Assembly: GCF_016433145.1 (NCBI RefSeq)
Contig: NC_058136.1
Location: 47,539,076 to 47,603,075 of the forward strand
DNA from: Gracilinanus agilis
Lineage: Eukaryota
Direction of reading: 5' to 3'
Length of the DNA stretch: 64,000 bases
Shown: in pieces, positions 13,021-27,210 of the stretch
How the letters are laid out: every line of letters starts with the position of its first letter
Numbering within the stretch: the stretch's first letter is position 1
The notes under the pieces: model-generated
The model's database searches: none
What the model was told of the DNA's origin: nothing
The model's input: only the letters and a program-made list of their open reading frames with translations
Translations under genes and position numbers: made by a program

Positions 13021-13779
13021 TGACCAAGTATTAGTACAGTGGGAAATAAAACCAGTTGGGACTATCTCACATGGCATTGCACATTACAAGGTCTGAGATC
13101 TCTTCTTTATTGCCTCTCTAAGTGCTGTTAAACTCTTCACTGATGGACTTTGAACAAGTATAGGATAAAGAGTAGCACCCAGAGCTAGACATGGGTTAAA
13201 GGAGATCCTCCAGAAGACAGAAAGTAACCCATACCCTAAATCCATTGCCTCTTTTGATAGAAGTATCCTTAGCATGTGTGTCAATTGCAATGCCTGACCT
13301 TCAAGTACAGTAAAAAATGAAAACATCTTTCACCCCCCCCGCCATGAAAGTGCACTCATACAAAGGGATGAACATGGGTAATTATTAGTAAATGCTGTTT
13401 CTGTGTGTTGCATGTAATGTGTGTTGCATGTAATGACTTCCATATGTGCCATAAGCATAGCTGACCTTAGACATTGATGTATAGAAGTGATAGGCTTTAG
13501 ACTCAAAGTCAAATAATGATACCAAAATTAGTGGGCTTAGAAACCTGGCTAGCCTGTCATTTTCACTATCATACGCTATATGTTCTTAGGGCTTTGGGGG
13601 AAAGGCCAAGATGTTAAGACCTAATGGAGAACAGGCAGGTTTCACAAGCCTTTATTTAAGCATTCTCACACTGCCCTAGCCTTTACTTAGCTCAGTGGCA
13701 GTGTATGCCTGTTTAAGCTTTTGTTCCTTGTAATCACATCACATTTCTGAATCATCTTTTAAAAGAATGGTTTTGTTTC

Positions 13780-14040
13780 TCTTTCTTTTTCTTTTTTTTT
13801 TTTTGTAAAATAATTTATTCCCAGGCATCTCAACTTCAGCCTTCCCTCCCCATGACCAGAAGACATCATCTGACAAAAAATATGTATGTATACATATATA
13901 TATATGTATATATGCATATATACATATATATATGTACATATATATGTATATAATATATTATGTCTTTTGTGTTTCTATTTATCAGTTCTTTCTCTGGAGG
14001 TGGACACTCACAAGTCATTAGAAGAAAGGGTTATAAAGCA
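13780..14040 (-). mobile_element. Short L1 3' UTR fragment with an internal (TA/TG)n microsatellite at about 13880-13958
   Basis: TCAGTTCTTTCTCTGGAGGTGGACA matches CAGTTCTTTCTCTGGATGTGGACA in the L1 3' UTR at about 5470. Poly-T at the left end. Confidence 0.55.
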
Positions 14041-15049
14041 GTTTTACTTCAGCAACATTATCAATGAAGCCTACATTGGGGAAGGCCATATAACTATTTA
14101 CCCAACTTTTATTCCAAGGAAGGAAAATGAAAGAAAGAAATAGAATCCGCTTTTTTTTTGGCAACCATTTCATCTTGCTTTGATTGCCTTTACAACAGCA
14201 AATTGTGCCCCTGCATTGACTTCTCTCTCTGATTCCCTTCTGCAGTAAGTCACTGTTTGGCAGTGAAGGGGGTACGATAGAATGTGCAGAAATCTCAGCC
14301 TCACCTAGTGTGTGATCCCAGGGTCAGGGGGGGAATTGGAGAAGGAGAGTTCACCACTTTTTCTTCAGCAAAAGAAAATTCCTGTTTTGTTCTAATATAG
14401 CTAATTTCTGCTACATGCGGCAGGAAGAACTCAAATTATCTCTGAAGTTATGACCCTTTAATTAAAATGGAAACATACAGGGAGTCTCTGCAGTTATTAT
14501 ATGAGGAGAGATTACAGCAGCTCTGATTTTTAAAGCTATAAATGGATAATGCAGCATTGTAATCCACTGGTGTCTGGCTAGAATGCTGCCCTTTGGATCC
14601 AAGTTGTAGGTGAAATTGTGTACAACAAAATCCAATTATTGCCTCCAAAAAGAAACTACTTTAGATGGAGTCCAAGGTGGGTCTATCTTGTGAGAGAATT
14701 TTGTGTCATACTGATGTGTTATAATGAGTATCATTTCTATTTCCATCTATGCTATTTAATTTTTTATTCAAGTCAGGGATAAACATGTTTAACAGCCAAA
14801 GAAGACACCTCCTTCTACGCGTAGGCAGAGATTGGTTGGGTGGGGGTAGGGAGCACCTGTGTGGAACCTTACATATAATTTAAGATTTCTACTTTTCCAA
14901 TGTATTAATCAGTTGTGCAGAATTTTTCCTAATTTCCTTCCCTTTCTCTCTTAAATCATTTCTTATAAGGCATGGCCCTTATAAGGTATGATGAGAGGGA
15001 GGAGTTTTATTTTATTTAATTTTATCAAAAAGAATTTTAATCATCACAA

Positions 15050-16150
15050 GATCAAAACCAGGTCCCTAGTTTTCACCAGGTCTTCACTAGAGTTATCCAT
15101 CCAATGTGACATTACACCATCATTCTAACTCAGTTTTCTGGTCAAACCCTAGGTCCAAATCCTCATAACAATACTAGCGAACAGCTCTCTGTCTTGTCCC
15201 TAAGTATAGCATGAGAGATTTTGTTTAAGTGTACTTTTTGTACATCATTCCCCTTACACGAGGGTCTAGTTAGCCTGTGAATAAAGGAAATTATAATGGG
15301 CCAGCATGACCTATTCTTGGTAAAGCCATACTGTGCTGGTATCACTGCTCTCTTAAGTACTCGGAAGTCATCCTCTTGATAATGCATTCTAACATAAGGT
15401 CAGATACTGATATCCAGCCCACTAATCTATAGTTTGCAGAACCTACCTTCCTTTCTTTCTTGAAAGAGACATTTGTCTTTCTCCAGTATTGTAGCCATTT
15501 TCCTCTTGTCCAAGGGTTTTAAGATCACCTGCAAGGTCTCACCAGTCTCTCCTGCCATGTTGTTCTTTACTCTCATGTGTTATTCATCCCAGTTTGGTAA
15601 GCTAAAGTCATTGAGAAAGGCTGGATGTTGAATGACTATCTCAGCATACTTGGATATCTATTCAAAGGCTCATAGGATCTTCAATTTAGACTGAAAGGGA
15701 CCTCAGAAGCTGTCTAGTTCAATCCCTTTGTTTTAGGGAGGAGAAGGGACTTAGGAACATAGGATTGCAGACCTTGATGGGGAAGGGATTTTAAAGGCTA
15801 TGAAATCCAACCCCTCTCATTTTACTGAGAAAGCTAGGAGAGATTAAAAGACTTACCCAGGGTCATATAGCTCCATTGGAACTTGGTTCTCCATGACTAC
15901 AAGAGCAGATCTCTATCCACTTTGTCACCTTGTTTGTTCTGTCCTTTTAAAGTTTAAATATAACTCTATCTTGCAAGAGGTACTGGCACCCAAACAAGAA
16001 TTCAGTAGATTAAATTCCTTGTCATCTATTATCATGCCATTAACTAAGCAGTGATTCTCACCCTTCTTCTAGTCTCTTCTTGCTCATAACAGAACTAAAA
16101 CAATGATTTTTGTTGTCCCTAGTAGACATGGTCAGCCTAGTCTAACCTCC
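15050..16150 (-). mobile_element. CR1/L3 LINE reverse-transcriptase fragment, interrupted by a MIR
   Basis: ORF 15163-15387(-) AQYGFTKNRSCWPIIISFIHRLT matches the CR1 RT motif SQHGFxKNRSCxTNLISFFDRVT. Confidence 0.8.
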
Positions 16151-16510
16151 TCACTATGCATCCTAGTGAGATTAAATAATCTGACCAAGGTTACATAGAC
16201 AGTAATAAACCCTGTATTATTTCCACTCCAGTAATGTCTTCTTAGACCCTCACGAGACAGTATACACTTAGATAGGTATTGTCTTACAAACAGAGCCCTT
16301 AAGTATAACTCATGTCCTAACCCCCACCTCTCACCATACTTGGGGATTTACTAGTGGTTAACAAATGGAGTACCAAGTCCTGCCTTGACCCTACCCCACA
16401 GACAAGTGCTGTGCCTATTCCCACCACCAGTGATCTCGTGCCATTCCCCTTTCCCTCCTCAAGTGGTGGGCTAGTCCTGCCCCCTTTACCTCCCCCCCCC
16501 CCCCCCCCCC

Positions 16511-17508
16511 NNNNNNNNNNNNNNNNNNNNNNNNNNNNNNNNNNNNNNNNNNNNNNNNNNNNNNNNNNNNNNNNNNNNNNNNNNNNNNNNNNNNNNNNNN
16601 NNNNNNNNNNNNNNNNNNNNNNNNNNNNNNNNNNNNNNNNNNNNNNNNNNNNNNNNNNNNNNNNNNNNNNNNNNNNNNNNNNNNNNNNNNNNNNNNNNNN
16701 NNNNNNNNNNNNNNNNNNNNNNNNNNNNNNNNNNNNNNNNNNNNNNNNNNNNNNNNNNNNNNNNNNNNNNNNNNNNNNNNNNNNNNNNNNNNNNNNNNNN
16801 NNNNNNNNNNNNNNNNNNNNNNNNNNNNNNNNNNNNNNNNNNNNNNNNNNNNNNNNNNNNNNNNNNNNNNNNNNNNNNNNNNNNNNNNNNNNNNNNNNNN
16901 NNNNNNNNNNNNNNNNNNNNNNNNNNNNNNNNNNNNNNNNNNNNNNNNNNNNNNNNNNNNNNNNNNNNNNNNNNNNNNNNNNNNNNNNNNNNNNNNNNNN
17001 NNNNNNNNNNNNNNNNNNNNNNNNNNNNNNNNNNNNNNNNNNNNNNNNNNNNNNNNNNNNNNNNNNNNNNNNNNNNNNNNNNNNNNNNNNNNNNNNNNNN
17101 NNNNNNNNNNNNNNNNNNNNNNNNNNNNNNNNNNNNNNNNNNNNNNNNNNNNNNNNNNNNNNNNNNNNNNNNNNNNNNNNNNNNNNNNNNNNNNNNNNNN
17201 NNNNNNNNNNNNNNNNNNNNNNNNNNNNNNNNNNNNNNNNNNNNNNNNNNNNNNNNNNNNNNNNNNNNNNNNNNNNNNNNNNNNNNNNNNNNNNNNNNNN
17301 NNNNNNNNNNNNNNNNNNNNNNNNNNNNNNNNNNNNNNNNNNNNNNNNNNNNNNNNNNNNNNNNNNNNNNNNNNNNNNNNNNNNNNNNNNNNNNNNNNNN
17401 NNNNNNNNNNNNNNNNNNNNNNNNNNNNNNNNNNNNNNNNNNNNNNNNNNNNNNNNNNNNNNNNNNNNNNNNNNNNNNNNNNNNNNNNNNNNNNNNNNNN
17501 NNNNNNNN
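16511..17508. other. Assembly gap (998 N) flanked by C19 homopolymers on both sides
   Basis: Read directly from the sequence. Confidence 1.
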
Positions 17509-17863
17509 CCCCCCCCCCCCCCCCCCCGCACAGGGAAGAGAGAACATGCTCCTAGTGGGCTGCTGGGCAGAGAGGAGGGTGAAGTGAGGAATGTCCTCAG
17601 CAAGTGTAGAGAGAGAGAGGGGAGTGGCCCAAATGCACCACTCCCCTCCAGCTCTGCCACCTGTGAGCCTCCCATGTATCCCCTGTGAGTTCTCATTGGC
17701 TGCTGGGCATAGGGGCGGGGGATATGAAACAATGTCAGCTCTGCCTGTGTCCCTCTGCCTTTCTAGTAATGAACTCTGGGGGTCTGGGGAGGGTGTCTAT
17801 GTGCCTACAAAGAGGGCTCTGCATGGTTTCTTTGGTACCCATGCCATAGGTTCCCCATCACTG
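17509..17863 (+). mobile_element. hAT non-autonomous element, family C; left end lost in the gap
   Basis: Right TIR CCATAGGTTCCCCATCACTG (reverse complement CAGTGATGGGGAACCTATGG), internal duplicated motif GGCTGCTGGGCA...AATGTC, followed by CCATAGAG, which fits the NNNTAGNN target pattern of the other hATs here. Confidence 0.75.
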
Positions 17864-20159
17864 CCATAGAGGTCATAATTCAAAGAAACAGGTAGAAGCA
17901 CATAACAAAAGTAAAAACCAGACATCTACAGCATTAAGGACCCAAGAATCAGCTAGGCTCTCATTAGATGATAGATGTGGCTGCCATTGTTGCTGGTGAA
18001 GAACTTGGTCAACTGAGCATCATTTAACTTAGGCCATTAAGTGTTTGGCTTAAATCCATTTATTTGAAATTATATTCTTGATATTTTTGTGTCAAGGGTT
18101 TTAAAAATATTTTTTATGAGGGGAATGAAAATAATGTGTTCCTGGTAACTAGCTCTTCCTGAAATCTTTCCTACTATTGACTTATACTATGAAAAACCAT
18201 CTCTTATCCTGATAAATTGACTACAGCTGCCAAATGAGGGCAAATTTAATAAAGGGCATTCTGCATTCAAAAAATCTAACTTGTGTTTACTCCATGCATA
18301 CTTATTGGTATTTATGATATGTATTAAGCATGTGTCCCTTCTGATGTGCATGAGAGGATACTTGAATGATAGTAGGATACTTTAATTAGAAAGATGATTA
18401 TGATGCTGGAAACTTATTTTTTTTGAAAAACTAAATATCAGTAATGCAACTTAGCCCTTTGATTAATATAAATGATTGATTATGCTGGAAGAAATTCACA
18501 TATTTATCTAGTATGGATTTTTTTTAAAAGACCATTAGCATTAGAATCTGATGTTTCACATATTCTTCAGCCATTTGTACTATTTTGCTTCATATCATAG
18601 CCTAGGGCAAATGGCAGCTGGCCATTTTAATTATAGAATCAGAGTCCTAGGGCTACATTGGATCTTTAAAGCCTCCTTATTTTATAGGTGAGAAAATTGA
18701 GAACCATAAAAGGGAAATGCCTTGGTTAAGGTCACACAGGTTGGAAGTGGTCTGGCTGGGTTTGAACTTGAGTCCTTTGACTCCCAATACAAATGAAGTT
18801 CTGGGTGATTCTGGCCCCACTTTGAGATCCACATTGGCCTTGTCTATGATTACCAATGAGGAACTTAACCTCTCAGAAACTTTCCTAACTTCCTTGGTAG
18901 AAATTTCAAAGTCATACATTTTGCCATTCATCTGCTCGTTCAAATACTCAAAATGTGGTTTTTGGTTATTGTTTTGTGTCTTGGATATAACAACTTCCTT
19001 AGAAGAAATGTAGTCAACATTTTTTTGCATTGAATCTCTAATTTCATCAGCACAGGGACTTTCTGGTAAAAAATTTCCTTTCCAAAGCAAGTTGGCACCT
19101 GCTCAGCCATTTATATTCTTAGTGAGTTTCCTGGGAAGTGATTTGACCAGTTACACAGTATGCCAGAGGTAGACCTCAGATCTGGGTCCTCCTGCCTTTG
19201 AGGCCACATCTCTTTCTATCAGGCCATGCTGCCTCTACATTTTATCCCAGAAGTTGATAATAAGTAAAATCCTTCGTCATGTAGCAAGAGTGTGGAATTA
19301 TAAATAGCCATATCTGATGTGACCCCGAAAGCTATGGGATGCTGCAAACTCTAGGAAATTTTCCAGGTGGTTGGGCTGATAGTCTCTGTAGGATTTCTGG
19401 GAGGACATGATCAAGAATCACAGAATGAGAAGGCAAGAATATAGTGCGATTGGCCTCACTGGAGTGGGTGAGTATTCACTTCAGCAAGACCACAGAGCCG
19501 TGATATCATAGCACTTCTACCTCTCTTGTAGTGGTCACCATTATTGAAGCTGAAATTGGCACAACCTTAATAAAATTGTATTTAAAAAGTGGAGAAGACA
19601 GAATGGGAAGAAGAATGGCTCTTTTGGAATGGGGAAGATGGTGTTCTTCAGAATGTATTTCTGAGTTGACTCTATTATTGATGAACAATTGGCAAGGAAC
19701 ATTGATGGAGCCTGCAGCTTGATGGATGAGGATTATTATAGTATTCAATCCTGAATAGCATCTTCTTGCCAGACCCAATGGTTTTAGTGGCATCTGCCCC
19801 TGGCTGATGATTAGGAGAAGGGAGAAATCAAGAGAATCATATTTGATAAATTGCTGGTAGAGTAGATTTCATCCCTCAAAACAAACAGGGTTTCCAGACT
19901 GGGACTGATATCTTAGGAGCCATATGAAAGATCAGCACAAATATTTTCAGATCAATGATTATTGGGTCAATTTAAAGTTTTTATTGAACAAAATAACTGG
20001 ACATGATAGTTTTAACAACAAGATTGTCTTAATTATTGGAGTTATCCATTGTTTGGCAATTGACTATCATAATGGCTTTGAAAAATAGAATCATGAGAGA
20101 AGTATAAAACACTTAATTACAGAGTCACTTTATGGAATGGACAGGGGGCCCAATTTGCT

Positions 20160-20520
20160 AATATATTTCTGACTTTTTAAAATTGCATTTAATGTTTTAT
20201 ATTTCAACATAACGTCTTCTATTTTCATATCTTCATCATTTCTAGGTATACTAGCTCCCCTGCCCGCTCAATTAAACCTTCATTCCACAAAGAAAAACAA
20301 TTGAGTAAAACCAACCAATACAGAGAATACATTTGGTAGTGTATGTGATATTTGACATCTGTCTACTCAGAAAAGAGAGAAGTATTTCCTCTTCAGTTCG
20401 CTAGGCCCAAGATTGGTCATTAGGGTAATTCTGAGCCTTTTTTCCATACTCTTTCCTTTGCTGGTGATAGTGTATATTATTCTCCTGATTATGTTCCCTT
20501 CAAGCTGTATCACTTCCTCA
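20160..20520 (-). mobile_element. Old L1 3' UTR-like fragment
   Basis: T-rich left end and CTGGTGATAGTGTATATTATTCTCCTGATTATGTTCCCTTC, similar to the L1 3' UTR at 46900-46950. Confidence 0.45.
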
Positions 20521-23500
20521 TAGGAATCTTTGGATTTTCAATTGAAAGCTGAACTTTGGAGAATCTCTTTTTGGTAGTGACTTTTGAAGTTAAACTTTCT
20601 CAGTTTAAATGGCAATCGAAAGAAACCTCAGGATTTAAAATGGAACCACCTCTTGCCAAAGTTCTGGATATATATCAGTGGCAAGTTTCCTGTGACTGGT
20701 TTGTCAAGTAAATTTAACACATCTTGGCTGCTCACCACTGGGCAAGATAGGAGAAAGCTCTATTAAATAGAGCATGAACAACACATTTAAAAACTATATT
20801 TTATTCTTGCCACTGTCTTCCTTTTATCTCTCCTCATTATAATACTTTGTGTTGGCTTTCTAACAGTAATAGGGCTGCAAGCAAATGAGGCGCTAGGTGG
20901 TATAGATTCAACCAATCATTTTTAGGAAAGAGGAAACTTAAATGGCTTTGCTATGGTTTTCTTGAGGGGAAAAGCGGTCATGTCTAAAAAAATTAAAATT
21001 GCCCCTTTTTTTAATGTGCCATGTAGTCATGACATTGCCAGTTGTGAAGCATCTTTGTAAACATGCCAGGCTGGGTGGAGAAGGGCACCATCTTAGACCT
21101 ATTAAAAGATTTAACACTTTTCTCATGGAATGCCTGGCCTATTACTTTTTAATCTTTTGCCAAGATGGGATTTATGAGAATGTTGGCCCTGCTGCTATGG
21201 CAACAGCAAGTAATATGCCTCAACTATTTCTGTGTAGCTAAGTGTGTGCTGAGGGAATATCTGCCATCCTGTTAAGAATACAGGAAACTGTACAGGAAGG
21301 AGTTTTAAACTTTCCCTTATTATATAGTCTGTGGCATCAAAATGCCATGTCGCAATTCTTTTGGGGGGTCCAAGATGCTCTCTGGGCATTAGTTATTCTG
21401 CCTTGGTTCCAAAGGCATCCCTCACTTTTTAGACTGGGAAAACATTTCCACCCCAAACAAATTGGTACAAGCCTTAGAAAGAAAACATTTACTTTCGAAA
21501 CAAACACGACTGAAACATTCCCCCAAGAAAACAGCCACAAACACACGAGGTTGTGAAAATATACAAGAAAATATGGAAAGGTGCATGTCAAGAAAATAAT
21601 AAGAATAATTGCTCTAGCCCTAGAGCCCGATCAGAGAGGGTAAGTGGATTAAAGGAATCCAAGCTCCCCAAACAACTCCTCCCGAACTCACAGAACCGTA
21701 AAATAAACAATAAAGGAAAGGGGCAAAATGGGTAAAGTACCACATATTAAGATAAAAGGCCACTCATTCTTTAAAAAGGAACAAAACAGAGGGTAGAGGC
21801 AATTAAAAACACTACAGAGCAATTCGATGAGAAAAACACAGAAGTAAAAGTCAGCCAGTCATGATAGCTTGAGATATATTCCAAATAATCAGGCAAGAAT
21901 TGACAGTGCTAAGAAAATCACAAGCCCAAATAAAAGAGGAGCTTGAAGAATTACAAGAGGAGTTCAATAGATAATTGAGACATAAAAAAAAAACCTTAAA
22001 ACATTTAAGAAAAGGAAGAAATTAAACCTATAATTTAATTTATATGGGAAACCTCTAGATAAGGAAATTCTATTCTTTTAACACTGAAATTAGGATAGAA
22101 AAAGTCCCCTCCCCCCCTGCCAAATACAGAGAAACTATCAAAAGGAGACTCGTTTACTTCAGTGGAAGATAGAATTCAACACAATTCAGAGAAGCTGGAA
22201 ATACAGGTCCCAAATCCCCAAATGCCTGAAGTATGGTATTGTCATTGTTATAGAGATCAACGAATTATACAAAAGAAAATTTCCAGAGTTTGCAGAAGAA
22301 CTACCAAGAGATAGAAATTTTTAAAAATTCCATAGGAACTTGGTAAGGAATAACTTAAGATTTAACACGCTTAGTCACTATGATCTTACACAGTACAACA
22401 GTAATAAGCTTCCAGCAGAAGTTAAAAAATGATAAAGGAACATTACTTTGGACCGTAGACCATACATAACATAATTTTCAAGTAGAACAAGAGAGGATTG
22501 CAGAAATGGACCTTCATTTATGCAATTAAGCATGGGCCATAAACACAGACTTTTCTCCCCAGCAAAGTTCAGCATGCTCAATGAAGGAAGAAATGGATAT
22601 TTGAGAAGCAAACAGATTCGTCAAAGTTTGCGGAGACACATGGGGACACGGATTTAGAGCTGGGAAGGACATTAGATGCGTTCTTCAAGATAGTCTTTGA
22701 AAAACCAGCTAGCCTTTAATCCCTAAAGATAAGTTTTTAAAACAATCAAAGTAAAGCATTTACTAAGAAAAAGTGAAATTCTCAGCCCTTTATATTGGCT
22801 AGGAAATGGCACAGGGGGAAGGGAAGAACACTAGAGGTAAAGGAGAGGAGAGAGAGTAAAATATGTGAAAATAAAATTATTGTCCCTGGTAAAGAGAGAT
22901 TGGATAGAATGTGCTTTGAAATCTATTCATCGTAACACTAAATGGAAATGAGCTAAACTGCACCTCCCTCAAAAAAAAATAAAATGGAAGAGTCATAGAC
23001 TGTGTTAAAAAGTAGATGAAAACAATATGTTGTTTAGAGGAAAAATATTTAATCCAGAAATATTCATTGTGAAAGAATGACTTAAAATATATCACGTTAT
23101 TCCCAAATTTTGGAAAGTACATAGAGATGGCACTACTAAAATTGGACAAAATTGGTTACAAAGCAGAAGGTATTAGAGATAAACATTATGTTGTGCTTAA
23201 ATGGATTCATACTAAGGGAAATGGAAGAAATATTAAATATATATGTAGTTAATAAAGTGACATCTTACAAATGTCTAGGAATTAGATTAAAAATAAACAA
23301 TTGTGGAGTATTTTAAGACTCCATTTATCAATGATAAATCCAACTAAATGGTGAGCAAGAAAGAAATCATAGTTAAGCAAATCATTAAATAAACGAGATC
23401 TATTAGATAAACGGAGTGAACTCAATAGGATAAATGTAGAGAAATGTTTATTGATTGATAGAGTAGTCCTTTCTTTCTAGCATTCCTGATACTTATATAA

Positions 23501-24895
23501 AATCGATTACATGCAGGGTCATCTAGGCAAATACTGAAACATAGACGTATAGAGAGAGCATGATATAATAGGAACAACATTAAATAATATCATGAAAATA
23601 AAAAGTATAGGACTTCATGGAAACTAAGACTTGGTGTATTGAATAACTGGGTAAATGAAAAAATTATAAAGAAGAAAAGGAGACTATATTAATGATAGTG
23701 GCAATACTGATGCTACAAATAAAAAAACATATGGGAAGCAGTATGTTATATAAAGCCATAAAATATCAAGCTGTATTCAGAAGCCAATTTATAGCTATTA
23801 ATGTTTATATCAATAGGAAAGAAAATGAAGAAATTGTCTGAATTTAAATATCTTAAGAAAGTAGTTACTAATTAATATATACATTGCATATATAATATCT
23901 ATACATGAAACAGAAGAGGAGCAAACAAGATCAAAGTAGGAATTACTACAACTAAAAAAGAAAACTATTGATAAGTTATTGTCAGCTCATTTATTAAAAG
24001 ACTAACAAAAGTGATGATCATGTAGTCTAGGAAGAGAGAGAATAAGACAGCCTGAACTACCAAAATTAGTGCAAAAGAAACTTTAAAAATTATTTGTGAT
24101 TGTTATACACAATTCTTTGCTATTCTGAGAACCTAAAAAAATGGATGTTGACTTGTAAAAGTCTAAAAGACCTGAACTAGTAAAATGAGATGTAGATGAT
24201 CTAAATAAAGCTATCTGAAAGGGTAAATTAGGCAGGCTATTAAACAAAAATAGCTGCTAGCAAAAAGAAGACAGGCCTAGATGGATTCATCTGATTTCTT
24301 TAAACTTTTAAAGAAAAAGTAACTCCTTCTTATTGATAGCCTTTAAAAGCAATTAGAAATGACTTTTAACAAAATTTAAAATCAATTTAAAGAAATTACT
24401 TTTTTAAAGGAAAAAAGTAACTCCTTTGCCTTATTAACAGTTTTAATGTAGAGATAAAAAGTGGGCGATCTAACTCCATACGTGAAACCAATGTGATCCT
24501 GACCCAAGACAAATCTGAAGAAGAGAACCCTTTGAACTAATATCATTATATAAATACCGAAGTATTAAACCGAATACTCATAATACAACTAAGCATAAAA
24601 AGGAAGAGGAGTAGGGAGTCCTCTAGGAATAAGTAGACTCTGTTAGTGGAGTACAATGATTATTTAATATCAGGGAATAATTAATATAATAAAGCTTATC
24701 CAGGAAGAATAAAGTTTCTTATTCTGTCATCAGAAGTGCATTTATCTTTAAGCAAAACATAGTCTTTTGTGTTAAAAAAAATTAAAAAGATATAAGATAG
24801 ATATATTTCAGCAACATGAAAAATCAATGTGGACTGTCAAGTGAGTGTTATATGTAATTATCACATACCACTTGTTGTGATCAGACGCTATATAC

Positions 24896-25100
24896 CAGGG
24901 GTCGCCAACGTATGGCTCTCGAGCCATATCTGGCTCTTTTGAGGGCCAGATATGGCTCTTTCTGCAGGAGCCATAAAGTTCATTTTTTTTTCAGGCGCTG
25001 TTACAGGACGCACTGTGAGCACTGTAAGGCTTTCATGAAATTACATTTTAAAAAATGTGGCATTTATGGCTCTCACAGCCAAAAAGGTTGCCGACCCCTG
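24896..25100 (+). mobile_element. Non-autonomous hAT MITE, family B
   Basis: TIRs CAGGGGTCGCCAACGT / AGGTTGCCGACCCCTG, perfect 8-bp TSD CTATATAC, 205 bp. Internal 14-bp inverted repeat GAGCCATATCTGGC...GCCAGATATGGCTC. Inserted in L1. Confidence 0.95.
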
Positions 25101-26027
25101 CTATATACCCTGATGCTTTACCTACCATTTTGAATGAAAGTTAGAAGATTTGCTCCAGAGAGTGTGCAGCATATGCCATGAAATTTCCCCCACACACACA
25201 TACACCTTTTTTAAAAAATATTTCAGAGATGTCTAATCTCATCATCACTTAGAAATCTTGGCAATAGCAATGTGTCCTAGAAATCAAAGGACTAGACATT
25301 TGCGTTAAAGAAGTTAAACTTTCTCTTTGCAGATGATGCAATTGCCTACCTGGAAAGCCCTGGACAGTCTATCTCATAATGAATGGAAATAATAAATAAC
25401 TTGAGAAATTTATCAGGTAGATTTTCTGCCTTTCTGCGTACAATTGAGAAAAAACAGACAAAAGAGTCATTGCTCATGATAGATGGAGCAAACGTAGTAA
25501 GAGCAACTTTATTTCTCAAAGTAACTTAAGTGACTTAATTCAATGCCAGTCAAAACACTGACAGTGTTAATATTATACTTTTCTAATCAGTCAGCAAACT
25601 TTTAATAAGCTTGATTGTGCTAGTCACTGGAGGTACAAATAATCCCTCCTCTGAAAAAGTTTCCATCCTAACAATTAAACAAAAAGTATATGCCTATGGA
25701 AATACAGTAAAATAGAAAAAGAATGGATATAAATCAATGCAAGGAAGTCAAATACAAGGAAGTTAGAGAGGGAGGGCACTAAAGGTTGTATAAATCTGCA
25801 AATGTCAAAAGTGATGCTTAAGCTGCATCAGGAGGAAGAGTGGGAGTCCCACCATTCCCTTTTTCCATTTAATCACTATGGGTTTTTTTAGCTATGCCCT
25901 ATATATGATATTCTACTTCCCATCTCCATACTTTCCCCCCTTCCTTTCCTTCAAAGCTCAGCTCAGATGCCACTTCCTAAAACAAGGCTTTCCCTCAACT
26001 CCCCAGATGCTAGTATCTCTCCAGACA

Positions 26028-26156
26028 NNNNNNNNNNNNNNNNNNNNNNNNNNNNNNNNNNNNNNNNNNNNNNNNNNNNNNNNNNNNNNNNNNNNNNNNN
26101 NNNNNNNNNNNNNNNNNNNNNNNNNNNNNNNNNNNNNNNNNNNNNNNNNNNNNNNN
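26028..26156. other. Assembly gap (129 N) within an L2 3'-end fragment (about 25900-26260, +)
   Basis: N run seen directly. Flanks TCAAAGCTCAGCTCAGATGCCACTTCC and ACTAGAATATAAGCTCTGGGAAGGGAG are L2-like. Confidence 0.95.
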
Positions 26157-27009
26157 ACTAGAATATAAGCTCTGGGAAGGGAGAGGCTGTTTAATATTTG
26201 TCATTGAATTGCAAGAGCCTGACAAATAGTAGATGCTTCAAAAATACCAGGTGATTGATTGAACACAATTAATATGGGACAATGACACATGTAAAACGCA
26301 GTGGAATTGCATGTTGGCTATGGGGGGAGGAGGGAAAGAAAAAAACATGAATCATGGAACCATGGAAACATTTTCTTAATTTTTTAAAATAAAAAATAAA
26401 AGAGTGCTTTTGTAAATCATAAAAATATAATTTATATGGGAAAATAAATAGGCAGAAATACCAAGAAGCATGATAAAGAAAATTAAGGGGAATGTTATTG
26501 TCAAAATATACTTTAAAGCAATAATTATGAATCCCAGTTGGCAATGGGTAAAGAATAGAGACACTAAAAAATAAAACACAATCTGAAAGTCTAGAAATTG
26601 ATCCTCAGATGAGCATTTAACTAAATCTACCAAAAGGTGAAGGGGTGATAGTATTAGACAATTAAAACTATTAGGAAACTAGATAGATGCTAAAAGCCAG
26701 TACTTCATACTATTCACATTCACATTCTTTAAATTAGATCATAGATTTAAATGATTATTTAAAAGAATGTTTTTTTTTTAAATTAGAAGGTTAACCCCCC
26801 TCGCCTAGCCCTTACCAGTCTTCTGCCTTAGAACCAATACAAAGTATTGATTCTAAAACAGGGTAAGGGTTTTAAAAAAGTTATTTAATTAAAATAAAAA
26901 AATAAATTAAATCTAGAAGAAACAATCTAGTTTTTCTCATAGAAGGAGATAATAGAAAAAAGGATTTTGTGGAGTGCAAGGAAGTATCTTTAAAAATTAA
27001 GGAAAATTT

Positions 27010-27210
27010 GGGGGAACAGCTTGGTGGCTTGATTGAGAGCCAGGCCTAGAGATGGGAGTTCAAATCTGGTTCAAATCTGACCTCAAACACTTCTTAGCTG
27101 TCTTACCTTGGGCAAGATGCTTTATCTCCATTGTCTAGCCTTTACTGGTCTTCTGCCTTGGAACAAATACATATTACTGATTCTAAGATGGAAGGTGAGG
27201 ATTTTTTAAA
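27010..27210 (+). mobile_element. Older SINE1-type SINE; a 3'-only fragment also lies at about 26790-26880
   Basis: GATTGAGAGCCAGGCCTAGAGATGGGAG...TTCAAATCTG head shared with the young copies, and a longer tail variant TTCTGCCTTGGAAC...GATTCTAAGATGGAAGGTGAGG. Confidence 0.75.

Noticed and set aside
16317-17732. Long ORFs of 471, 444 and 353 aa with poly-G/P ends
   Set aside because: They are open only because they run through 998 N bases and poly-C flanks.
25878-26225. ORFs spanning the second gap
   Set aside because: N-run artefacts within an L2 fragment.
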